DNA of 58,762 nt from a virus (IMGVR_UViG_3300035070_002022:1-58762); one strand, 5' to 3'; shown: positions 20,517 to 27,392, counted from the first letter of the stretch. The notes: generated from the letters alone by a model not told the origin. A program made the numbers and translations.

Positions 20517-21212
20517 CTAGTTTAAGTATGCTTTCCCGGTGAATGCCGCAGAAAAGGTTATTGTTAAGTTATTGTTATCTATATATTCTACCTGCCCATT
20601 TACAATAATATCATTATTGTTAATAACAGACACCGAAGGAAATTTTTCAAGGTTATGCTGGACATTCCATACAGTAGCCGGGGCACCCTGGGTAAACGTA
20701 AATGTTTTATCCCCTGCGCCACTAGCTAATATGAAATTAGATACATTATAAAAAAGATCCGAAGTCATTTGTCCTTGGCCTCCATTATAGGTTACCTGCA
20801 TATTATAGTATCCCACAGCTGCTTGTGTATATGAGTCTACGGTATAGTGCCCGAAAGAGGAAATGTTCTTTTGTTCACTTATTAATATATCAGACCCAAC
20901 TAAGTAATTTAAAAACGCAGTGGTTTCTTGCCCACTTCGATCGTTGCTACTAAAAGTTAGCTCAGTTACGGTATTATACGGAACAGTAGATCCCTCGGAC
21001 GTTAAAGCAAAGTTACCAATCCCCGAATAGGGTACAGCTAGGAACTTATACACCATCTGTGCGCCAATAGATATTTTACCCTGTATATTAAGGTAATTAG
21101 CTATCGCCTGAGCTGTATACTGCTTTGTTTGCCTAGAGGATTCCTCAGACCCTATCCACGCATCACCATCTTGGATGTTATTATCATATTGATAGGATAT
21201 TATTCTAGACAT
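20517..21212 (-). CDS. Structural protein (fibre-associated)
   Basis: C-terminal WNVQHNLEKFPSVSV...F.GKAYLN domain typical of phage fibre proteins. Confidence 0.65.
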   Translation of the reverse strand: MSRIISYQYDNNIQDGDAWIGSEESSRQTKQYTAQAIANYLNIQGKISIGAQMVYKFLAVPYSGIGNFALTSEGSTVPYNTVTELTFSSNDRSGQETTAFLNYLVGSDILISEQKNISSFGHYTVDSYTQAAVGYYNMQVTYNGGQGQMTSDLFYNVSNFILASGAGDKTFTFTQGAPATVWNVQHNLEKFPSVSVINNNDIIVNGQVEYIDNNNLTITFSAAFTGKAYLN

Positions 21213-21215
21213 ATT

Positions 21216-21500
21216 CTATTTTTTACTTTTAGTTTTACGTTTTGGTACCTTGTACCTTTTTTTACCCTCACGTTTAGTACCTTCTCCGTCATTTGCGCGA
21301 TTTCTAGCAACAGTTTCCCATCTTCCGTCCTTGTGATCCCAATCTTTACCTTTAACATTGACACCATTCCTCTTTGCTTTGCGTCTTTCTCTCTGGGCAT
21401 GGGCTTTTTTAGCCTTTCTGTCCGCAGTTTTAGCATAAGCTAGGTCTCTAGCAGCTTTACGCTTCTTCGCCGCAGGCGATAATTTTTGTTTTGAGGCCAT
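21216..21500 (-). CDS. Basic protein with a degenerate HNH-like motif
   Basis: GKDWDHKDG...ARNRA; first gene of the leftward operon. Confidence 0.55.
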   Translation of the reverse strand: MASKQKLSPAAKKRKAARDLAYAKTADRKAKKAHAQRERRKAKRNGVNVKGKDWDHKDGRWETVARNRANDGEGTKREGKKRYKVPKRKTKSKK

Positions 21501-21525
21501 TTATTAACATTTTAGTACTATAATA

Positions 21526-21557
21526 TATATTATCACACGAATTATCAAAAAGCTACG
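21526..21557 (-). promoter_or_regulatory. Class II phage promoter (fibre operon)
   Basis: Minus strand CGTAG-N13-CGTGT-GATAAT-ATA upstream of the ATG at 21500. Confidence 0.72.
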
Positions 21558-21666
21558 GGCTGTAAAAATTTTTTGTTGCATAATTATGGGTATAGGGCTA
21601 TATATTATTTTTGAAAATGTTTTTCATTACGGAAATCGATTTCATTTTGCCCACCCCCCCTTGGTT

Positions 21667-21726
21667 TTTAGGGATTAGGGTTTAGGGTTTGCCTTTAGCC
21701 GCGGGTTTACGCCCAGGGTTTAGGGG
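21667..21726 (+). repeat. TTTAGGG-like heptamer repeats with six G-tracts
   Basis: TTTAGGG ATTAGGG TTTAGGG ... GGG ... AGGG TTTAGGGG. Confidence 0.8.
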
Positions 21727-21765
21727 TACTAGCTAGGCCTTAGCCAAGGTGCTTGCACGCATCGC

Positions 21766-21787
21766 GTGTATAGCAACGCGTATAGCA
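21766..21787 (+). repeat. 22-bp repeat GTGTATAGCAACGCGTATAGCA, copy 1
   Basis: Identical to 22555-22576 and 23305-23326. Confidence 0.9.
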
Positions 21788-21789
21788 TT

Positions 21790-21831
21790 TTGCAGACGGT
21801 TTACGTAGTGTTTTAGATAATATAGGTGTAA
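21790..21831 (+). promoter_or_regulatory. Class I (early) promoter 1
   Basis: TTGCAGAC-ggttt-ACG-N10-GATAATA-tagg-TGTAA. Confidence 0.8.
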
Positions 21832-21860
21832 GATAATAATAATAATAAATAATAATAACT

Positions 21861-21932
21861 ATGATAATATTCTTGATCGCAATACCAATGGCTTTAATAG
21901 CAACCTTCCTAAGATGTAACTGGGATGATTAA
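21861..21932 (+). CDS. Hydrophobic micropeptide A (23 aa)
   Basis: MIIFLIAIPMALIATFLRCNWDD after the promoter and AACTATG; paralogous to 22667-22798. Confidence 0.65.
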   Translation: MIIFLIAIPMALIATFLRCNWDD

Positions 21933-21965
21933 CCTCAGCCTGTCCTTGACACCAGGGCGGATCCT

Positions 21966-22007
21966 TCGCAGACAAACCACGTCTACTATAAGATAATATA
22001 AATGTAA
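21966..22007 (+). promoter_or_regulatory. Class I promoter 2
   Basis: TCGCAGAC-aaacc-ACG-N10-GATAATA-taaa-TGTAA. Confidence 0.78.
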
Positions 22008-22026
22008 GTAACTAAATATAATAACT

Positions 22027-22206
22027 ATGACAAAGATTCTATTCAATACAGTCTACAAGACTATCAACCAGATTACCAACAGTAACAAACTAAACAGACC
22101 AGTCCATATAATATACGGCGGACTGATGGCTGACAACAGTGACATCGAAACAATAACTAAGATACTCGACCGAGAAGTAATAAAGTATAAACTAAAATTC
22201 ATATAA
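22027..22206 (+). CDS. Early hypothetical protein (59 aa)
   Basis: MTKILFNTVYK...; AACTATG start after promoter 2. Confidence 0.65.
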   Translation: MTKILFNTVYKTINQITNSNKLNRPVHIIYGGLMADNSDIETITKILDREVIKYKLKFI

Positions 22207-22208
22207 CT

Positions 22209-22355
22209 ATGAGAATGAAACTAACTGAACAAGAGCAACGAATGTATGACCACTGGGATAGCCTTAGCCTACACACGAACTCATACCAGATCCAACAAGA
22301 ACGACACAATATGTGGATCAATACAATACTTAATAACCGAACTAAAACCAAATAA
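22209..22355 (+). CDS. Early hypothetical protein (48 aa)
   Basis: MRMKLTEQEQRMYDHWD...; TAA-CT-ATG coupling. Confidence 0.65.
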   Translation: MRMKLTEQEQRMYDHWDSLSLHTNSYQIQQERHNMWINTILNNRTKTK

Positions 22356-22356
22356 T

Positions 22357-22524
22357 ATGTATCAAACAAATCAACAAGCATGGGACGAAGTAACCCGTGA
22401 ATACCAAGACTCACTCAGAAGAACTGAGGTGTGCCAAAGAATGTTCGGACAGGATAACCTGATCGGCTTAACGGAAGAACAAAAGTTTACGTTCTGGAAT
22501 GAATGCTGGAAGGAGATCTTCTAA
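22357..22524 (+). CDS. Early hypothetical protein (55 aa)
   Basis: MYQTNQQAWDEV...; start re-assigned from the track's 22246 to follow the upstream stop. Confidence 0.65.
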   Translation: MYQTNQQAWDEVTREYQDSLRRTEVCQRMFGQDNLIGLTEEQKFTFWNECWKEIF

Positions 22525-22554
22525 GCACAGCGCAGCGGCGGCAACGCCGGAGGC

Positions 22555-22576
22555 GTGTATAGCAACGCGTATAGCA
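22555..22576 (+). repeat. 22-bp repeat, copy 2
   Basis: GTGTATAGCAACGCGTATAGCA. Confidence 0.9.
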
Positions 22577-22586
22577 AATGGAGAAC

Positions 22587-22628
22587 TTGCAGACGAATTA
22601 CGTTGTATTTTAGATAATATATGTGAAT
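22587..22628 (+). promoter_or_regulatory. Class I promoter 3
   Basis: TTGCAGAC-gaatt-ACG-N10-GATAATA-tatg-TGAAT. Confidence 0.8.
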
Positions 22629-22666
22629 AAAGAAATTAATAATAATAACTAATAAATAAAATAAAT

Positions 22667-22798
22667 ATGATTTTAATCGCAATCGCAATTCCAGTAGCAT
22701 TAGCAGCAACGTTCTTAAGAACTAACAACAACACACAAACCTTTAAGGAGATCCTTGAGGACCTTGGACGCGGAGCCGGGCATGCCATGAGAAATTAA
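22667..22798 (+). CDS. Micropeptide B (43 aa), hydrophobic N-terminus
   Basis: MILIAIAIPVALAATFLRTNNNTQTFKEILEDLGRGAGHAMRN. Confidence 0.65.
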   Translation: MILIAIAIPVALAATFLRTNNNTQTFKEILEDLGRGAGHAMRN

Positions 22799-22831
22799 CC
22801 TCAACATGTCCTTGATACCGAGGAGAGAATT

Positions 22832-22873
22832 TTGCAGACAAACTACGACTATAAATAGATAATATAACTGAAT
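22832..22873 (+). promoter_or_regulatory. Class I promoter 4
   Basis: TTGCAGAC-aaact-ACG-N10-GATAATA-taac-TGAAT. Confidence 0.8.
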
Positions 22874-22903
22874 ACTAATAATAATAACTAAACACTAATA
22901 ACT

Positions 22904-23221
22904 ATGAATACAAATGAAATTTTATCAAACGCACTAAAAACTATGTCAAACGAAGAAAAAGCTAAAATCTTCCCACCGATCGAAAGAAAGAACTTCGTAG
23001 TCCGTGAAAGCTGGATGAACCGAAATCAAATCATAACCTTTGTGAATAACAAAAATCAAAAAGTTACTTACAATCATGATGAGGTGTTGAATGCAATGCT
23101 ACCTAAGTTACAGTTCCAAGCTTGCTGGCTCAAGCGAAAGTACTGGTCACAAAGTACTAACTTGCCAACGAATGTACGCCACCTGGCTACGATCGAAGAG
23201 CTCGAGTCTACTGAAAAGTAG
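22904..23221 (+). CDS. Early hypothetical protein
   Basis: 105-aa ORF, AACTATG start. Confidence 0.8.
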   Translation: MNTNEILSNALKTMSNEEKAKIFPPIERKNFVVRESWMNRNQIITFVNNKNQKVTYNHDEVLNAMLPKLQFQACWLKRKYWSQSTNLPTNVRHLATIEELESTEK

Positions 23222-23304
23222 GCTTAAGCTTTGGCTAGTAACTTAACACACCGCAAAGTGTGTATAGCATAGGTATGTTCCGACCTCAACGGCCGGTGCA
23301 AGCG

Positions 23305-23326
23305 GTGTATAGCAACGCGTATAGCA
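23305..23326 (+). repeat. 22-bp repeat, copy 3
   Basis: GTGTATAGCAACGCGTATAGCA; an extra half-site lies at 23260-23269. Confidence 0.9.
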
Positions 23327-23343
23327 CGGTAAAAGCGGTCACC

Positions 23344-23385
23344 TTGCAGACGAATTACGCTCACCTAAAGATAATATATGTGAAT
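23344..23385 (+). promoter_or_regulatory. Class I promoter 5
   Basis: TTGCAGAC-gaatt-ACG-N10-GATAATA-tatg-TGAAT. Confidence 0.8.
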
Positions 23386-23400
23386 ACAAAATAACACACT

Positions 23401-23556
23401 ATGGAAAAAGAATTTAAAGATTGGATGGAAGACGGTAATGTAGAAAAGATCGGTGAAGATACCTATATTGAGCAGACTACTCAGTGGAGAAAGAAATTTA
23501 CGATGTCCGAGTTAATCGGGTTTTACAACCGAGAGTACCGATTGAGTCAGTTTTAA
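23401..23556 (+). CDS. Early hypothetical protein (51 aa)
   Basis: MEKEFKDWMEDGNVEK... after promoter 5. Confidence 0.65.
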   Translation: MEKEFKDWMEDGNVEKIGEDTYIEQTTQWRKKFTMSELIGFYNREYRLSQF

Positions 23557-23581
23557 GAGTCGATGTAGAAAAAAACGGATC

Positions 23582-23714
23582 TCACTGAGCTAACTTAGTG
23601 AATAACTAAGCTTTTGGTAATAAATACTAGAGTAGTGTAGTCAGAGACTAACTATTAGACTAGAGTACTAATTTACTCATGGTAATAAAAGTACACTTAA
23701 AGAACTAGTATTTA
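23582..23714 (+). ncRNA. Candidate structured non-coding element
   Basis: Hairpin TCACTGAG/CTTAGTGA, then nested stems TAAATACTAG/CTAGTATTTA, AGTGTA/TACACT and GAGTA/TACTC. Confidence 0.35.
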
Positions 23715-23828
23715 ATTAAATTAATATAATTACATGTTTAGGGGTGAAAGCTACAGTAAATATGGGATTATTTTAAGGAATAAGTGGTATTAAGTGCTTG
23801 CAAGTGGCTACGGTAATGGTTGTCATGG

Positions 23829-23870
23829 TTGCAGACTAATTACGAACACCTTTTGATAATATAAATGTAA
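23829..23870 (+). promoter_or_regulatory. Class I promoter 6
   Basis: TTGCAGAC-taatt-ACG-N10-GATAATA-taaa-TGTAA. Confidence 0.8.
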
Positions 23871-23898
23871 CTAAAAATAACTAATAAAACTATAAAAT

Positions 23899-24051
23899 AT
23901 GTGGAGTAACTGTTGTGGCGCTGAAGCCAGCTATTTAAGCGATGAATTATGTGGTGATTGCCTAGAGCACGCTGTATTTGATGATGAAGACGAAGATATG
24001 GGTGACACCTGTAGAAACGGAAAAGAATGGAATAAATGTAACTGTTGTTAA
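23899..24051 (+). CDS. Cys-rich acidic small protein (50 aa, 8 Cys)
   Basis: MWSNCCGA...LCGDCLEHA...CRNGKEWNKCNCC. Confidence 0.7.
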   Translation: MWSNCCGAEASYLSDELCGDCLEHAVFDDEDEDMGDTCRNGKEWNKCNCC

Positions 24052-24053
24052 CT

Positions 24054-24245
24054 ATGATACTAGATATGCAATTAACCGACGAAGAAATAAAAGAAATAGC
24101 GGATCGTATGGACGACCTAATGTGGGAGGGATTCCACGATATAGTAGACGATGTGTACCGCCAACGTGAAGATTCCTCGTATGACTACGAGATTTGGGAC
24201 GAAGATATAATTAAAGTAAGAAAAGAATTAAGAAAATATATATAA
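24054..24245 (+). CDS. Acidic early protein
   Basis: MILDMQLTDEEIKE...; TAA-CT-ATG start. Confidence 0.7.
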   Translation: MILDMQLTDEEIKEIADRMDDLMWEGFHDIVDDVYRQREDSSYDYEIWDEDIIKVRKELRKYI

Positions 24246-24247
24246 CT

Positions 24248-24424
24248 ATGGAATTTAATGTAACACTAACTAACACTGAACACAATGTACTAATGGTTGC
24301 GCTCGACCACATGTACGAACACCTAGACGATCTGCGAGGTGAGTGGGATGACGAAGATGCAGAAATTATTAATGTAAAAAGAATGGCGGACGTTAGGTTA
24401 CTACAAAAACTATTTAAACAATAA
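24248..24424 (+). CDS. Early hypothetical protein (58 aa)
   Basis: MEFNVTLTNTEHNVLMVALDH...; TAA-CT-ATG start. Confidence 0.68.
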   Translation: MEFNVTLTNTEHNVLMVALDHMYEHLDDLRGEWDDEDAEIINVKRMADVRLLQKLFKQ

Positions 24425-24428
24425 AACT

Positions 24429-24644
24429 ATGAAAAATAACGAATACGTATACCTATGGGTACTAGATTTTAATGACGGACAAGTATATAAATATAACATA
24501 GACAAAGCAATATACAACGATTACCCCGATCACTGCGAAGATTACATGCAAAAAGTAGGTCACGAAATTAATAACGTACAGTGGATGGTATCCCCTTACG
24601 ATGAAGTGCTAGACGAAAATAACGGGTGGAACGTTGCAGACTAA
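24429..24644 (+). CDS. Early hypothetical protein
   Basis: 71 aa; ends VAD* inside promoter 7. Confidence 0.75.
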   Translation: MKNNEYVYLWVLDFNDGQVYKYNIDKAIYNDYPDHCEDYMQKVGHEINNVQWMVSPYDEVLDENNGWNVAD

Positions 24645-24675
24645 ATACGTACACCGATCGATAATAACAATGTAA
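24634..24675 (+). promoter_or_regulatory. Class I promoter 7
   Basis: TTGCAGAC-taaat-ACG-N10-GATAATA-acaa-TGTAA. Confidence 0.8.
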
Positions 24676-24695
24676 CTAACCAACAATATATAACT

Positions 24696-24851
24696 ATGAC
24701 TAAAGAATTATCACCCTTACAACGTTCGTTCGATCGAATCAACGAATTAATACCAGACAACAGCGACGTAATGCTCCGATGTAGCTTATACGAAATGTGC
24801 GCTGAATTAACTAACGAATCCTTCGCTGAAGGAATTAACGCTAAATACTAA
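24696..24851 (+). CDS. Early hypothetical protein (51 aa)
   Basis: MTKELSPLQRSFDRI...; AACTATG start. Confidence 0.65.
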   Translation: MTKELSPLQRSFDRINELIPDNSDVMLRCSLYEMCAELTNESFAEGINAKY

Positions 24852-24856
24852 TAACT

Positions 24857-25189
24857 ATGAATTACAAAGTAAAAATTAACGACCGAAGCTTAAGTATAAA
24901 CCTAATGCACAACAGTGTTATCGATCTCGGTATATTCACTGTAAAAGCTACAACTCACACATTCTTGTTTGAAGCTAAAGACACTGATTGGGGTGCGGAT
25001 ATAAATGAAACGGAACTTGAGTTCTACGTCAACAACAAACGATGCAAGTATGTAGGGTTCAAAGAATTGTACACTCAATTATACGGTAACTCCTTTAAAA
25101 CCTTTGAAGCCGATATAATAAGGCAAACCGAAGAAGTGGTTGCAAAACAAATTGTTAAAGAATATCCAGGAACTGATGTAAACTATTAA
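24857..25189 (+). CDS. Early hypothetical protein
   Basis: 110-aa ORF, AACTATG start. Confidence 0.8.
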   Translation: MNYKVKINDRSLSINLMHNSVIDLGIFTVKATTHTFLFEAKDTDWGADINETELEFYVNNKRCKYVGFKELYTQLYGNSFKTFEADIIRQTEEVVAKQIVKEYPGTDVNY

Positions 25190-25200
25190 ATATAACAACT

Positions 25201-25401
25201 ATGAAAAATGTAAATACCTTTATCGAAAAAGAATTAACGAACCTAAATCGCGGCATCATAGCTACGCCTAGCGAAGATTACCTCGATCAATTTACCGATG
25301 CTAACCACGGAACCAACGATTTTTTACTAATGCAAATGTCAAAGCAGTACGGCTACAAGCTAGCGTTACTTGCTATACGCGAACAACTAAAAACCAAATA
25401 A
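25201..25401 (+). CDS. Early hypothetical protein
   Basis: 66-aa ORF, AACTATG start. Confidence 0.75.
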   Translation: MKNVNTFIEKELTNLNRGIIATPSEDYLDQFTDANHGTNDFLLMQMSKQYGYKLALLAIREQLKTK

Positions 25402-25403
25402 CT

Positions 25404-25607
25404 ATGAATACAATTAAATTTAACAGAGTAACTAAAAATATTATATTAAACGGTGTAGGCTATCGACCATACGCTGTCGGCGAACTACCTAACTCATTCG
25501 GTTTCTTATCGAATGAAGACAGCGAGCAAGACGGTATATCTAAGTGGTTCAACCTCAACGGCTTAACCTATGTCAAAGATGATAGACCTAAAAACAAAAG
25601 GTATTAG
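25404..25607 (+). CDS. Early hypothetical protein
   Basis: 67-aa ORF, TAA-CT-ATG start. Confidence 0.75.
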   Translation: MNTIKFNRVTKNIILNGVGYRPYAVGELPNSFGFLSNEDSEQDGISKWFNLNGLTYVKDDRPKNKRY

Positions 25608-25609
25608 CG

Positions 25610-25651
25610 TTGCAGACAAAGCACGCTTACCGATCGATAATATATATGAAT
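25610..25651 (+). promoter_or_regulatory. Class I promoter 8
   Basis: TTGCAGAC-aaagc-ACG-N10-GATAATA-tata-TGAAT. Confidence 0.8.
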
Positions 25652-25667
25652 TTAAAACCAAACTATT

Positions 25668-25733
25668 ATGACTAAATTAAAAAAATTATTTACTAACCTA
25701 GCCATCGGCGCTGCCTATGCTATACGCAATTAA
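25668..25733 (+). CDS. Micropeptide C (21 aa)
   Basis: MTKLKKLFTNLAIGAAYAIRN; similar to the C-terminal half of micropeptide B. Confidence 0.6.
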   Translation: MTKLKKLFTNLAIGAAYAIRN

Positions 25734-25735
25734 CT

Positions 25736-25930
25736 ATGACACTAACTGAACACCAAAAAAACGAACTCAATACTGTAGCAGACTCTATTGCGTACTATAT
25801 TGAAGACCATTTACGTGAAACTATATCATGGCAAATGCCGGATAGCTTAGTAGATGATTTGCAAGAAGAACAATTCATGGACGCTATGGGATATGCGTAC
25901 GAAAAAGTATTACAATTACTAACAGAATAA
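25736..25930 (+). CDS. Acidic early protein
   Basis: 64 aa, TAA-CT-ATG start. Confidence 0.75.
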   Translation: MTLTEHQKNELNTVADSIAYYIEDHLRETISWQMPDSLVDDLQEEQFMDAMGYAYEKVLQLLTE

Positions 25931-26100
25931 GTAGTATCACGAATGACAGCGTAATTAACTGAAAGCACGGTGCAAGTCCGATCCTGCAAAGGAAGATAAC
26001 TACTAGGCGAAAGATACGATTCATGATCACGTAATAGCCGCTAACCGCGAAAGGAACGCCACTTAGCTAGTGAAGGAGTTCGAATCTCCTTGCGGTTACT
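25931..26100 (+). ncRNA. Candidate structured ncRNA ending in a tRNA-like acceptor/T-arm module
   Basis: AGGAG-TTCGAAT-CTCCT T-arm stacked on AACCGCG/TGCGGTT; upstream CGG-TGCAAGT-CCG and TCCT-GCAA-AGGA hairpins inside GTAGT.ATC/GAT.ACTAC. Confidence 0.55.
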
Positions 26101-26116
26101 AATTTTAAACTAAACT

Positions 26117-26476
26117 ATGGGAAGACTAATTGAAATATCACCACAACAAGATGTTGTTAATAAAATTAATGCGAAAGCAGATTTTACTCACAACATAAAC
26201 CAAACAAGACTAGAGCGCTACACTGTTAGCATAAAAAATGTGTTTACAGGTAAAAACCCATCGCTATTTCTTAAAGATACATGGAAAGTGGTAGACGATG
26301 CATTTAATAGCGATCAAGAACTGCTTGGCGGTTGGCTAAGTGAAGATGATATATATTTTCTTGACTATGGATTAAGCGTAACCGATCTTAAAAAAGCTAT
26401 GAAAATAGCTAAATTTAACAAACAATTAGCAATATACGACAATGTGTCGCAAAAAGTAATACCAGTTGCAGACTAA
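26117..26476 (+). CDS. Early protein, possible SAM-lyase-like fold
   Basis: GGW...YFLD...AMKIAKFNKQLAIYD; CDS is solid, function is tentative. Confidence 0.45.
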   Translation: MGRLIEISPQQDVVNKINAKADFTHNINQTRLERYTVSIKNVFTGKNPSLFLKDTWKVVDDAFNSDQELLGGWLSEDDIYFLDYGLSVTDLKKAMKIAKFNKQLAIYDNVSQKVIPVAD

Positions 26477-26507
26477 TCACGTCTACCTAATGATAATATA
26501 ACTGAAT
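26466..26507 (+). promoter_or_regulatory. Class I promoter 9
   Basis: TTGCAGAC-taatc-ACG-N10-GATAATA-taac-TGAAT. Confidence 0.8.
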
Positions 26508-26523
26508 ACAAAATCTAATAACT

Positions 26524-27006
26524 ATGAATATATTTTATTTACATAGCGATCCAGTTATCGCTGCCGAAAAACAATACAATAAACACGTTGTCAAGATGAT
26601 ACTTGAGTCAGCACAGCTACTGTGTTCAGCTCATCACATGCTAGATAGTGAGATAGATGTCCCCTACAAACTAACACACAAAAACCATCCGAGTGCTGTG
26701 TGGACCAGACAATCTAGACAAAACTACGCATGGCTGTATTTTCACATGTTAGCTCTTGGCGACGAATATACTAAGCGCTACGGAAAAAAGCACCTGACCA
26801 TAACTAAGTGCGAAGACGTGCTGTCTAAAACACCTGGTCCGATCTTTAATACCGGCTTGACTGAAATGCCACAATGTATGCCAGACGAGTATAAAGTTTC
26901 AGGCGATTCCGTAGCCGCTTATCGTAATTACTACATCAAAGCAAAATCACACTGCGCAAACCCTGCTAAAGAATTGCTATACGTTAAACCCGAACAATTC
27001 GACTAA
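26524..27006 (+). CDS. Pyrimidine-dimer DNA glycosylase family protein (DenV-like)
   Basis: MNIFYL...HVVKMILESAQLL...YKLTHKNHP...PQCMPDEYK...AYRNYY. Confidence 0.8.
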   Translation: MNIFYLHSDPVIAAEKQYNKHVVKMILESAQLLCSAHHMLDSEIDVPYKLTHKNHPSAVWTRQSRQNYAWLYFHMLALGDEYTKRYGKKHLTITKCEDVLSKTPGPIFNTGLTEMPQCMPDEYKVSGDSVAAYRNYYIKAKSHCANPAKELLYVKPEQFD

Positions 27007-27009
27007 ATT

Positions 27010-27159
27010 ATGAGTAAATTCATGATATACAATGCAGATGAAGTAACCTTCATACTAGCAAAAACCCTAGACGAAGCTAGACAATGGGCAATAATGTATT
27101 GCGATCATTCATACGAAATAATAGTAAGAGAAATAAGTGATATTAAATATAAATACTAA
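27010..27159 (+). CDS. Early hypothetical protein (49 aa)
   Basis: MSKFMIYNADEVTFILAKTLDEARQWA... Confidence 0.65.
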   Translation: MSKFMIYNADEVTFILAKTLDEARQWAIMYCDHSYEIIVREISDIKYKY

Positions 27160-27164
27160 AAACT

Positions 27165-27392
27165 ATGAGTAAAGTAACTAAAGAAATCCTGATCGTAGAA
27201 TCAGAAGCGGTGATCTATGCACAGTATAAACACCGAGAAGAAGAACTAATGGTAATGTTTAATCGCGGTGCGACTTACACTTACTTCGATGTACCAACCC
27301 ACGTATGGCGTGGATTACAGACTGCACATTCAGTTGGCAGCTTTGTAAGTAAACACGTACGAATGAAGTTTGAATTTAAACTTACAGACTAA
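27165..27392 (+). CDS. KTSC domain protein
   Basis: VESEAV...Y....EELMVMFNRGATYTYFDVP..VW.GL..A.SVGSF. Confidence 0.85.
   Translation: MSKVTKEILIVESEAVIYAQYKHREEELMVMFNRGATYTYFDVPTHVWRGLQTAHSVGSFVSKHVRMKFEFKLTD

Noticed and set aside
281-21443. Plus-strand ORFs in the left arm (and those at 39460-57892)
   Set aside because: Antisense shadows of long minus-strand genes, with no motifs or start context
21667-21726. Eukaryotic telomere contamination or chimera
   Set aside because: Only a few imperfect units, embedded seamlessly between phage promoters
25940-25966. Hammerhead ribozyme core (CGAATGA...CTGAAA)
   Set aside because: Does not match CUGANGA and lacks the correct stem II closing pair and stem III
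26043-26098. Canonical tRNA gene
   Set aside because: Only ~56 nt, with no D-stem, no 7-nt anticodon loop and no CCA; kept as a tRNA-like ncRNA candidate
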